Source: an uncultured delta proteobacterium
GTDB lineage: Bacteria; Desulfobacterota; Binatia; UBA9968
Assembly (NCBI GenBank): GCA_963847445.1
Contig: CAWJZV010000012.1
Coordinates: 34,680 to 98,679 of the forward strand
Reading direction: 5' to 3'
DNA: 64,000 nucleotides
In this document: in pieces, positions 1-9,481 of the stretch
How the letters are laid out: every line of letters begins with the position of its first letter
Position numbering within the stretch: position 1 is the first letter of the stretch
Position numbers and translations under genes: made by a program
Notes under the pieces: generated by a model
Seen by the model: the letters and a program-made list of their open reading frames with translations, nothing else
What the model was told of the DNA's origin: nothing
The model's database searches: none

Positions 1-197
1 GGATTCCCAGGGATATGTTTGCCGAGGTGGCGCGCCAGCGTGCGGGCGTAGAGATCGTAGCCGCCGCCGGCGGCGAGGCCGACGACGATACGGACGGTTT
101 TGCCTTGGTAAAAGTTGGCTGGCTCAGCCGCGGTAGCGTTGCTGGCGAAAAGCGTCAGCGCTAACCAGATCGAACCGATGGGACGAATTGGGCTCAT
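1..197 (-). CDS. Tripartite tricarboxylate transporter substrate-binding protein (TctC/Bug family), 5' part; runs off the window
   Basis: Manual translation MSPIRPIGSIWLALTLFASNATAAEPANFYQGKTVRIVVGLAAGGGYDLYARTLARHLGKHIPGN; paralogous to the next two ORFs. Confidence 0.85.
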   Translation of the reverse strand, partial: MSPIRPIGSIWLALTLFASNATAAEPANFYQGKTVRIVVGLAAGGGYDLYARTLARHLGKHIPGN

Positions 198-237
198 ATT
201 TTCACTCTTCTCTAGATTCTCGTTATGAACAGCCAGC

Positions 238-1263
238 CTACTTCAAAATTTCTTTCAGCTTGGCGATCAGCGCCGGTTCGAGCTTCAATATTTCTTTGAC
301 GTTGCTTTCGAGCGTCGCGCCGTCGTCCGGGTTGATGTCGAGGTTGGCTTTCTTGGCCTCGGCGAGGAACTCGGGATCTTTCATCGTGTCCATGAAGGCT
401 TTGCGGAGGATTTGCAGTCGATCTTTGGGTGTCTTGGGTGGCAAGACATAGGGACGCACGCTTGGGCCGTGCACGCGGGCGACGGTCGAAATCAGTTTCT
501 TGGCTTCTTCGGTTTTCGCAAAGTTGAGCGCCATCGGCAACTTGGTCAACTCGGGATGGGGCTTGATCGTCGCCTGGAGTACGGGAAGAAGCTCGCCGGA
601 ATCTAGTTCCTTGCGCCAAGTTGATTTGGTCGACTCCCAGGAATTGCTCAGACCGGCGACTTCGCCGCTGTTAAAGGCCAGGCGAACATCGGCTGTGCCT
701 TTGTAGCCGGAGACCAGTTGGAGCGGCAAGCCGATGGTTGCTTTGAGGATATTGGGCACGTCGTCGCTGCCCGAGCCGCTGGCGACGCCGCCGAATTTGA
801 CGACTTGTTTGGTCGCGAGCCATTTCTCCAGATCGCTGATGCCGGTCGATTTGTGCACGCCGATAATAAAATTGTCTTGGGCCGGCGCGCCGATGAACTC
901 AAATTTGGCGGCGTCGAACTCAATGCCGGGTTTGCCAAGGATCTGCTGCAAGAAGAGACCGCCAATGAAGTGACCGATGATCAGGCCGTCGGCTTTGGCT
1001 ACTTTGAAAATATGATTCGCCGAGATCATGCTGCCCGCGCCCGACATGTTTTCGACGGCCATCGTTGGGTGGCCGGGAATATGCTTGCCCATGTGGCGGG
1101 CAATCGTGCGAGTATAGAGATCGTAGCCGCCGCCGGCGGGAAAGCCGACGATGAAGCGAATGGTTTTGCCCTGGTAAAAGTTGCTTTGAGCGGCGGCGCG
1201 GCCGGCAACGCCAAGCACAAAGTTAAATAAGAACGTTGAAACCAAGATTGCAATTCTTAGCAT
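238..1263 (-). CDS. TctC/Bug family substrate-binding protein
   Basis: Signal peptide; FYQGKTIRFIVGFPAGGGYD, VENMSGAGS and GYKGTADVRLA motifs. Confidence 0.9.
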   Translation of the reverse strand: MLRIAILVSTFLFNFVLGVAGRAAAQSNFYQGKTIRFIVGFPAGGGYDLYTRTIARHMGKHIPGHPTMAVENMSGAGSMISANHIFKVAKADGLIIGHFIGGLFLQQILGKPGIEFDAAKFEFIGAPAQDNFIIGVHKSTGISDLEKWLATKQVVKFGGVASGSGSDDVPNILKATIGLPLQLVSGYKGTADVRLAFNSGEVAGLSNSWESTKSTWRKELDSGELLPVLQATIKPHPELTKLPMALNFAKTEEAKKLISTVARVHGPSVRPYVLPPKTPKDRLQILRKAFMDTMKDPEFLAEAKKANLDINPDDGATLESNVKEILKLEPALIAKLKEILK

Positions 1264-1297
1264 GATGACCTTTCCTGAGTATATTGACGCTAAGGGG

Positions 1298-2323
1298 TTA
1301 ACTGGGATTCAAAATATTCTTGAGCTTCGCCGCAAGAGCAGGGTTGAGCTTGAAAATCCCGGCGACGAGTTTTTCCATTTCCTGGCCGGTGATCGGTTCG
1401 ATGTCGAGGTTGGCTTTCTTGGCGTCGGCGAGGAACTCCGCATCCTTCATCGTTGCGGCGAATGCCTGGCGCAGCGTGTCGACGCGTGGTTTGGGTGTCC
1501 GCGGCGGGGCGACGTAGGGGCGGTAGAAGTCGGCGGGATCTTGGACGCCGGCCTGAAGCAGTTGGCGCGCTTCATCCGTCTTAGCCAGGCTTTGCGCCAG
1601 CGGGACGTTGGGCAGTTCCGGATGCGGTTTGGCGACGGCCTGGAGCACGACGATGGCCTCACCGGATTGAATCGCTTTGCTCCAGGTCGAGCGAATCGAG
1701 TCCCAAGTCCAGCAACCGCCGGCGAGTTCGCCGCTCTCGGCGGCCAGACGAATCTCCGAAGTGCCTTTATAGCCGCTGACCAGTTGGATCGGCAGCGCCG
1801 TGGTGGCGGCGAGCATGCGCGCCATGTCGTCCGGCGCACCGCCGCCGATGCCGCCGATTTTTACCGGCGTCTTTGACGCCAACCATCTTTCCACGCTGGT
1901 GATGCCGCTGGCTTTGGTAAACGCACAGGCGCGGCTTTCTTTGATCGGCGAGCCGATGAATTCGTATTTCGTCGCGTCGAACTCGATGCCCGGCCGTTTG
2001 AACAGTTGATAGAGAAACCAGCCGCCGTGGAAATGGCCGATGGTCAGGCCGTCGGGTTTGGCGACTTTGTACATATGGTTGGCGCCGATCAGATGGCCGG
2101 CGCCGGGCATATTTTCGACGACGATGGCCGGCTGCCCCGGCACATGCTTGCCGAAGTGGCGCGCGATGGTCCGCGTATAAGTATCGAAGCCGCCGCCGGC
2201 CGAAGTGCCGACGATCATGCGGATGGTTTTGCCCTGGTAGAAATTTTCTTGGGCAGCGACGCTGCCGGGAACGATGGCGCGGCTTAACAGCGCGGCTGCG
2301 ACAAGCGCGATTGGTAATTTCAT
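1298..2323 (-). CDS. TctC/Bug family substrate-binding protein
   Basis: Likely start MKLPIAL; FYQGKTIRMIVGTSAGGGFD and VENMPGAG motifs. Confidence 0.9.
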   Translation of the reverse strand: MKLPIALVAAALLSRAIVPGSVAAQENFYQGKTIRMIVGTSAGGGFDTYTRTIARHFGKHVPGQPAIVVENMPGAGHLIGANHMYKVAKPDGLTIGHFHGGWFLYQLFKRPGIEFDATKYEFIGSPIKESRACAFTKASGITSVERWLASKTPVKIGGIGGGAPDDMARMLAATTALPIQLVSGYKGTSEIRLAAESGELAGGCWTWDSIRSTWSKAIQSGEAIVVLQAVAKPHPELPNVPLAQSLAKTDEARQLLQAGVQDPADFYRPYVAPPRTPKPRVDTLRQAFAATMKDAEFLADAKKANLDIEPITGQEMEKLVAGIFKLNPALAAKLKNILNPS

Positions 2324-2566
2324 GGAGAGTCTAGCTCCTTCCGTCGAAGGCTCGGCGAATGTAAGGAAAAGGCAAGTTTGTGTCAAGGCAAATTGGCGAT
2401 GATTCCGCTTGATGTTGGCCCGGTGCTGCGAGCGGGAGAGATTTTTCGCTGCGCTCGAAATGACAGACAACCGCCGTCAGTTTGACACCCCGGTGCTGCG
2501 GCTGTAAATTTTCCCGAGGCGATCTGCATCTGTTCAGACGAGCTCGGTCTTTTAGGGAGATATAGA

Positions 2567-3418
2567 ATGATCCACACCACCGGACTAGCGGCGACGCATA
2601 TGGAATGCCGAAATTTGCAAGAATCGTTGAAAGTTCTCACCGAGCTGTTGGCCTTCGAGAAGCTGTCGGAAAAACCCGGCGAGGCGACGCTCAAGCATCC
2701 CAACACCCATTGGCAGTTGGTGGTGCACGAGGCGGGGCCGGACGCGCCGGCCAAACCGATGCACAATCATTGGGGCGTGCGCGTGGTCAGTCCGGAAGAA
2801 GTGGACCGGGCCTACGATTATTTACTGGCGCACAAAGCCGACTACAAACTCGGCGCCATCGGCAAGCCGACCTGGAGTCATGGGTCGTATTCCTGCTATT
2901 TCGTCGAACCCGGCAGCAATGGCTGGGAGATCGAGTGCTACGAGGCGTTCAACCGCAAGCAGGCGACGGCGGAGCGCTTCGGCGCGGTGAAGATGGCGCA
3001 CTGGGATCAGTTGCTGTCGGAGGAGCGCTTTCCAGGACGCGGCTACGTACCCCAAGGGTTTACCCATGGCACTTTGGTTGCCACTGACCTGGAGACGAGC
3101 AAGAATTTTTACACCAATGTCTTGGGCCTGGACGCGCACCGGTTTAGCGATAATGTGATTTACATCAAGCATCCGACGACGAAAACTTTTATCGTCTGCG
3201 CGCTGCGCCAGAATGCCCCGGTGTTCTCGCCCAACTTTCGCAATACCCTGACGGTGGCGTCGAAGGACGCGGTGAAAGATGTCTATCGGCAATTCAGCGA
3301 GGGTGGCGAAGCGTTGGGTGTGCGCGCGCTGTTTCCGCTCCAGGAAACCGGCGGCGCGGCGTCCTTTTGTTTTCGCGATCCGGGGACGAATTGCTGGGAG
3401 ATTGCGACGGCGAATTGA
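2567..3418 (+). CDS. Duplicated VOC (glyoxalase/extradiol dioxygenase-like) family protein
   Basis: Two VOC repeats ending YFVEPGSNGWEIE and FRDPGTNCWEI; candidate His metal ligands. Confidence 0.8.
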   Translation: MIHTTGLAATHMECRNLQESLKVLTELLAFEKLSEKPGEATLKHPNTHWQLVVHEAGPDAPAKPMHNHWGVRVVSPEEVDRAYDYLLAHKADYKLGAIGKPTWSHGSYSCYFVEPGSNGWEIECYEAFNRKQATAERFGAVKMAHWDQLLSEERFPGRGYVPQGFTHGTLVATDLETSKNFYTNVLGLDAHRFSDNVIYIKHPTTKTFIVCALRQNAPVFSPNFRNTLTVASKDAVKDVYRQFSEGGEALGVRALFPLQETGGAASFCFRDPGTNCWEIATAN

Positions 3419-3533
3419 GTTTTTGCAGATTTCTTCCGCAGGGCGTCCGGCCGGTCGCCCCAACAGCAGTTTGATCATCGGCTAACGACTCCAACCAGTT
3501 TGTATTTCACTTCACTCATAAGGCGGGCAATTT

Positions 3534-4562
3534 ATGACTGACAAACCACTGGAACAGATGGGACTGCGCGATCTGCGCGGGATCATGCGGCAGCAAGCGC
3601 CGGCGGAGGCGTGGACGCATTTCAACGGCGCGGCTGAAACCAAGTCGACCTTTCACCGCAACCCGCGGGCGTTTCAACAATATTTATTTCGCCAGAAAAT
3701 TTTCCACGATGTCAGCGAGCCGGATATTTCCGTCGAGCTGTTCGGCAAGAAGCTGCCGATCCCGGCGATCACGGCGCCGGTGGGAAGTTTTAGCTTGATC
3801 GGCAAAGATGCTGAGCGCCAAGTGGCCGAAGGCACGGATCGCGCGGGCGCGATGATGTTGGTCAGTCAGGCCGCGCATTTCAACCTGCACGACTGGCGCA
3901 GTGCCGACAAGTCGCCGCTGGTGTTCATGGCCTACATGAACCGCGGCCGGGAAGAGGTCGAAGAGTACGCCAAGACGGCGCAGGACCTGGGCTTCGCCGC
4001 TGTCGGCATCACCATGGACACGGTCAAGCCGGTGAAGATCGGCGATGAGGTGCCGCTGTCGACCAAGGACGGCAAACCGCGCAAGGGCCATAAGTCGACG
4101 CCCAAAGACATCGAATGGATGAAGCAGATGGTTAAACTACCGGTAGTGGTCAAAGGCATCATGGGCGCGGCTGACGCTAAGATTGCGGTCGACTCCGGCG
4201 CCGATGCCGTGGTGGTTTCCAATCATGGCGGGCGGATTCTCGATTTCAACCGCTCGGCTTTGGAAGCGTTGCCCGAAGTCGTCGATGCGGTCGGCGCTAA
4301 AGTTCCGGTGCTGCTCGACAGCGGCATTCGCAGCGGCGGCGATATCGTCAAAGCCTTGGCGCTGGGCGCCAAAGCGGTGCTCATCGGCCGGCCGGTGGCT
4401 TGGGGCGTCGGCGCCTTTGGCGCGCGCGGCGTCGAGCGGGTGTTCAATATTCTCGCCGAAGAGATGCAGCGCGTGCTGGTGATGACCGGCGTCGCGCGGG
4501 TGCGCGACGTGACCCAGGAAATTCTCATACGCGACGACTGGGGAAAGGGACGCTTAACATGA
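3534..4562 (+). CDS. FMN-dependent alpha-hydroxy-acid oxidase/dehydrogenase
   Basis: VVKGI, VVSNHGGR, LDSGIRSGGDIVKALALGA and IGRP motifs. Confidence 0.92.
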   Translation: MTDKPLEQMGLRDLRGIMRQQAPAEAWTHFNGAAETKSTFHRNPRAFQQYLFRQKIFHDVSEPDISVELFGKKLPIPAITAPVGSFSLIGKDAERQVAEGTDRAGAMMLVSQAAHFNLHDWRSADKSPLVFMAYMNRGREEVEEYAKTAQDLGFAAVGITMDTVKPVKIGDEVPLSTKDGKPRKGHKSTPKDIEWMKQMVKLPVVVKGIMGAADAKIAVDSGADAVVVSNHGGRILDFNRSALEALPEVVDAVGAKVPVLLDSGIRSGGDIVKALALGAKAVLIGRPVAWGVGAFGARGVERVFNILAEEMQRVLVMTGVARVRDVTQEILIRDDWGKGRLT

Positions 4563-5116
4563 TCTTCGTCATTTGGGGTATCGTCTTTGTCGCCGGTATC
4601 TGGATCATCTCGACCTACAACACGCTGACCGCGCTGCGCTTGCGGGTGCAAAACGGCTGGCACCAGATCAACGTCCAGCTCAAGCGGCGCTACGATTTGA
4701 TTCCCAATTTGGTCGAAACCGTCAAAGGCTACATGCAGTTCGAACAGGACACCCTGCAAAAGGTCATCGACGCGCGCAGCAAGGCGATGGTATCGACGGG
4801 CGTCAAGCAGACGGCCGAGGCGCAGGGCGCATTGAGCGAATCCCTCGGCAAAGTCTTCGTGCTGATGGAGAACTATCCCGACTTGAAATCCAACCAGAAC
4901 GTACTCGACCTGCAGGAAGAGCTGGCGACGACGGAAAATCAGATTGCGTTTTCACGCCAGTACTACAACGATCTGGTCACTCAATATAACACCAAGCAGC
5001 AAGTGTTCCCCGGCAATCTGATCGCCGGTTTCTTCAAATTCCAACCCAGCGAATTGTTCGCCGTGCCCGACGCCGAAATGGCGCTGCCGAAAGTCAATTT
5101 GTCGTTGCCACGCTAA
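4559..5116 (+). CDS. lemA: LemA family protein
   Basis: N-terminal TM helix; QLKRRYDLIPNLVETVKGY, ENYPDLKSN and ENQIAFSRQYYN; ATGA overlap with the upstream stop. Confidence 0.93.
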   Translation: MIFVIWGIVFVAGIWIISTYNTLTALRLRVQNGWHQINVQLKRRYDLIPNLVETVKGYMQFEQDTLQKVIDARSKAMVSTGVKQTAEAQGALSESLGKVFVLMENYPDLKSNQNVLDLQEELATTENQIAFSRQYYNDLVTQYNTKQQVFPGNLIAGFFKFQPSELFAVPDAEMALPKVNLSLPR

Positions 5117-5133
5117 GCTCGCCGCGCACACCG

Positions 5134-6090
5134 TTGATCGATTTCGCCCAACGCCAGGCCCATAATCAGCGCTGGAGTGCCGTGCTGGCGGGTTGCTTCA
5201 TCGTTTTCTTTCTCATCATCGGCGGCGCCGTCGACTTTTTATATTTCGATGGCTTCACACCAGCAGGATCGCCGTTGCCCATTGCCACGGTGTTGGCGCT
5301 GGGGTTTGCCACCTTCACGACCCTCACCGCGTACTATGGCGGTAGCCGTTTGATCCTCGGCTCCCTGGGCGCGGAAAAATTAGACATTCAAATCGCCGAG
5401 CACCGCGAATTGCGCAACATCGTCACCGAGATGGCGTTGGCGTCCGGAGGCGCAATGCCGCAGGTCTACGTGATGGATGACGCCGCCCCTAACGCGTTGG
5501 CCACCGGTACCAATGAAAAAAACGCCGCCATCTGCGTCACCACAGGCCTGCTGACCTTGCTCGACCGCGAAGAGACCCAAGGCGTGGTCGCCCATGAGAT
5601 GTCACATATTCGCAACGAAGATACTCTGCTGATGACCTTGGTCAGCGTCCTGGTCGGCGGCATCGCGATCTTGGCGGATTGGGGACAGCGCGGCGCTTTT
5701 CGCGCGCGCTCGAACCGCCGCGACGGCGCTAAGAATCCCGCGCTATTTATTCCGCTGTTGTTGCTGGTCGCCGTGTCGCCGTTGCTCGCCCAGCTGTTGG
5801 CGATGGCGGTGTCGCGCCAAAGAGAGTACCTCGCCGACGCGACGGCGGCCGAGTATACCCGCAATCCACGCGGCTTGGCGCGGGCGCTGGAAAAGATTCG
5901 CGCTGCCGGCGCGCCGGTAAACAAAGCCACGCGCGGCACCGCGCCGCTGTTTTTTTGCGATCCGCTGCGCCGCCGGTTAGACGACAGCGAGAGCGGCCTG
6001 GCTAACTTGCTAACGACCCACCCACCGATTGCCCGGCGCATCGCGCTGCTGTACGAGATGGCGGGGATGGCTCAAGCGAGCATTCGCTAA
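5134..6090 (+). CDS. htpX: M48 zinc metalloprotease HtpX
   Basis: PNALATG, HEMSH (HExxH), SRQREYLAD and THPP motifs; follows lemA. Confidence 0.9.
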   Translation: MIDFAQRQAHNQRWSAVLAGCFIVFFLIIGGAVDFLYFDGFTPAGSPLPIATVLALGFATFTTLTAYYGGSRLILGSLGAEKLDIQIAEHRELRNIVTEMALASGGAMPQVYVMDDAAPNALATGTNEKNAAICVTTGLLTLLDREETQGVVAHEMSHIRNEDTLLMTLVSVLVGGIAILADWGQRGAFRARSNRRDGAKNPALFIPLLLLVAVSPLLAQLLAMAVSRQREYLADATAAEYTRNPRGLARALEKIRAAGAPVNKATRGTAPLFFCDPLRRRLDDSESGLANLLTTHPPIARRIALLYEMAGMAQASIR

Positions 6091-6202
6091 AAGCACCGCC
6101 ACCCGGTACGTCGCTGGCAAAATCGCGTAACGTTACGGAAAATCTTGTGTTTACCTTGAGACAGACTAAAAGTACCAGCTTGAATCAGGTATCCTAATAA
6201 TA

Positions 6203-7399
6203 ATGAACAGCGATACGCTTATGCCATTCGCGACCATCACCATCGGCGAGATCGTCGATGTCTTGCTGGTTGCGATTCTGGTCTACACCGCGATCGTATG
6301 GCTGCGCCGCACCAGAGCCGCGTTCGTGGTGCGCGGGATCCTGATTCTCGGTGCCGCCTACATGCTGGTGCGCTATCTGGACTTGCAGATGACCGCGTGG
6401 ATTTTTCAAGCGTTCTTCGCGGTTTTTGTCGTGATGATCGTGGTGATCTTCCAAGAGGAGTTGCGCCAGATGTTCGAGCGCATCGCGGTGTGGAGTTTTA
6501 GCCGCCAGTCGGTGCCGACGGCGACTTCGGCCAGCGCCGATATCGTGGTTCGCACGTTGGCCGACTTGGCGCGCGATCATATCGGTGCCCTGGTGGTGAT
6601 CGCGGGGAAGGATCCGATCGATCGGCATATCACGGGCGGGATTGCGCTCAACGGTCGATTGAGCGTGCCGCTCTTGCGCAGCATTTTCGACACCCATTCA
6701 CCCGGCCATGACGGCGCGGTACTGATTGAGCACGATCGGCTGACGCGGTTCGCGGTCCATCTGCCGCTGTCGAAGGATCTAGCGCAGACGGCTCATGTGG
6801 GCACCCGCCATAGCGCGGCGTTGGGACTGGCGGAGCTTTGCGACGCGCTCTGTTTAGTCGTCTCAGAAGAACGCGGCACGATTTCCATCGCCCGCAACGG
6901 CCGGCTCCGGCAGCTCGACGGCTCCCAGGAGCTCGGTGCGTCGATTCAAAAATTCTTGCATGAGATGTTTCCAGTCAAGGCGAACGGCTCGCTGCGCTTG
7001 GGACTGTTGCGCGAAAATTGGCTTACCAAAGCCGTGTCGATCTGTCTGGCGATCGCGCTTTGGTATCTGTTCGTGCCGGGATCGAAGGTCGTCGAGATGA
7101 ATTACAAGGTGCCTGTCACGGTCGAGAACCTGCCGGCAAACTTGCAAATCGAAGCGATCGATCCGCCGGTGGTTAGCGCCACTTTCAGCGCGCCGCTGCG
7201 TACTTTTTACCTTTTCGATCGGAAGAAAATTCGCATCAGCGCCGATGTCGCTATGGCGGAGTTGGGCCGGCGCACGTTTACTCTTTCCGATAAAGACCTG
7301 CGCTTTCCCAAGGAGCTGACCTTGCAAGAATTCAGCCCCACTTCGGTGCGGATTTCGGTCAAGAAAGCGCCGCAAGCGAACCCGTCCAATCGTGGATGA
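6203..7399 (+). CDS. dacA: Diadenylate cyclase CdaA/DacA with fused C-terminal TM + YbbR (CdaR-like) domain
   Basis: Three N-terminal TMs; FQEELR, HDGA, GTRHSAA and VSEERG DAC motifs; then ENWLTKAVSICLAIALW and a YbbR-like beta domain. Confidence 0.88.
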   Translation: MNSDTLMPFATITIGEIVDVLLVAILVYTAIVWLRRTRAAFVVRGILILGAAYMLVRYLDLQMTAWIFQAFFAVFVVMIVVIFQEELRQMFERIAVWSFSRQSVPTATSASADIVVRTLADLARDHIGALVVIAGKDPIDRHITGGIALNGRLSVPLLRSIFDTHSPGHDGAVLIEHDRLTRFAVHLPLSKDLAQTAHVGTRHSAALGLAELCDALCLVVSEERGTISIARNGRLRQLDGSQELGASIQKFLHEMFPVKANGSLRLGLLRENWLTKAVSICLAIALWYLFVPGSKVVEMNYKVPVTVENLPANLQIEAIDPPVVSATFSAPLRTFYLFDRKKIRISADVAMAELGRRTFTLSDKDLRFPKELTLQEFSPTSVRISVKKAPQANPSNRG

Positions 7400-7426
7400 G
7401 GTGAAGAGAAACAATTGGATGGCAAG

Positions 7427-9475
7427 ATGAACAAGAGGAAACGAAAAAACAACACCGGCGCTATTCGTCTGCCGCGAACGGCCGCGCCGATCGTCGCCGA
7501 GGGGCGCGAGCGGGTGGTCATTGACGCCGTCAGGCCGATTGCCGACGGTGGCCGTTTCGCGATCAAGCGCATCGAAGGCGAGCGAGTTGTTGTCGAAGCA
7601 GATATCTTCGCCGATGGCCACGATGAATTATCGGCGGCGCTCTTGTACCGCCACGGCGAGCGCGGCGAGTGGATCGAAGTGCCGATGCAGCCTTCGGCCA
7701 ACGATATCTGGCGCGCTCAATTCCAAGTCACCGGACTGGGCGATTACTATTATACGGTCCGAGCCTGGATCGATCGCTTCAAATCATGGCGCCATGGTTT
7801 CGAGAAAAAGCTCGCAGCTCGGACAGGATGTCGACGTCGAGCTGCTCGCCGGAGCCGAACTCGTGACACACGGTGCTAAGCGTGCGAACGGCAGCCATCG
7901 CAAAACGCTAGAACGCTTCGCTAAGGCGTTACGGGCGAAACCGATCAAAGCATCTGAGCTCGCGTTGACGGATGAACTGGCGACATTGATGGCGCAGTAC
8001 CCCGACCGGCGTTGGGCGGTGACCTATGGCAAAGAACTGCGCGTCGCCGTGGAGCGCAGACGGGCTCAGTTTAGCGCCTGGTACGAAATGTTCCCGCGCT
8101 CGTGCGCACCGACTGCCGGCGTCCATGGGACGTTCAAAGATTGCATCGCCCGGCTGCCCTACGTCGCGTCGATGGGATTCGACGTGCTCTATTTGCCGCC
8201 GATCCATCCGATCGGCAAGTCGTTTCGCAAAGGTAAAAACAATGCCATGAGCGCCGCGCCCGACGATGTCGGCAGTCCCTGGGCGATCGGCGCCAAGGAG
8301 GGCGGTCATAAATCGATTCATCCGCAACTCGGGACGCTGGCGGATTTTCACCAGTTAGTCGCCAAGGCCAAGGAGCAGGGTCTGGAAATCGCTCTCGACA
8401 TCGCGTTTCAGTGCACGCCGGATCATCCTTATGTGAAAGAGCATCCCGAATGGTTTCGTAGACGTCCTGACGGTTCGATCCAATACGCCGAGAATCCGCC
8501 GAAGAAATACCAAGACATCTATCCGATCGATTTCGAGAGCGAGGATTGGCAAGAGCTTTGGCGCGAGCTGAAAAGTGTTGTGATCTATTGGTGCGAGCAG
8601 GGCGTGCGGATCTTTCGGGTCGATAATCCGCACACCAAGGCTCTGCCCTTCTGGGAGTGGGTCATCGCCGAAGTTAGAAAAGAATATCCCGACACAATCT
8701 TTCTCGCCGAAGCGTTCACGCGCCCGAAAGTCATGTACCGTCTGGCCAAGCTCGGCTTCAGCCAGTCGTACAGTTATTTTGCCTGGCGCAACACAAGCGC
8801 CGAGCTAACCGAGTATTTCACCGAGCTTACGCCAGACCGCAGTCGCCGAATACTTCCGCGCGAACCTGTGGCCGACGACGCCGGACATCCTGACCGAGTA
8901 TCTGCAATTCGGCGGGCGCCCCGCGTTCATGGCGCGCTTGGTGCTGGCGGCGATGCTCGGGGCAAACTACGGGATCTACGGTCCCGCCTTCGAGCTTTGC
9001 GAAAATGTCGCGCGGGAGCCCGGCAGCGAGGAATATCTCGATTCGGAAAAATACCAGCTCAAACATTGGGATCTGGCGCAACCGGACAGCTTGAAAGAGT
9101 TCATCGCCCTCGTGAACCGGATTCGACGCGACAATCCGGCGCTGCACGGCGACCGCAGCCTGAGATTTCACCCAGTCGATAATTCCGAGCTGATTTGCTT
9201 CAGTAAACAGTCCGAAGATCTGACTAACGTCATCGTCGTCGTGGTCAATCTCGACCCCCATCATAGTCAATCCGGCTGGGTTGATCTCGACGCCGAGTTG
9301 CTCGGGCTCGAACCCAAGCAACCCTATCAGATGCATGAACTGTTAACCGGCGCCCGCTATCTCTGGCATGGCGCGCGAAACTTTCGTCCGACTCGACCCG
9401 CTGAGCATGCCGGCGCAGATTTTCCGGGTGCGCCATAAACTGCGCCGCGAGCAGGACTTCGATTATTTTCTGTAA
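7427..9475 (+). CDS. glgE: Alpha-1,4-glucan:maltose-1-phosphate maltosyltransferase (frameshifted in this assembly)
   Basis: WYEMFPRS, YAENPPKKYQDIYP, FRVDNPHTK, EEYLDSEKY, C-terminal DFDYFL; pieces in three frames. Confidence 0.92.
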
Positions 9476-9481
9476 AACGAA

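Noticed and set aside
4400-4558. N-terminal extension of LemA in the ORF track
   Set aside because: It overlaps the oxidase gene; the ATG at 4559 with a TM helix fits the family start.
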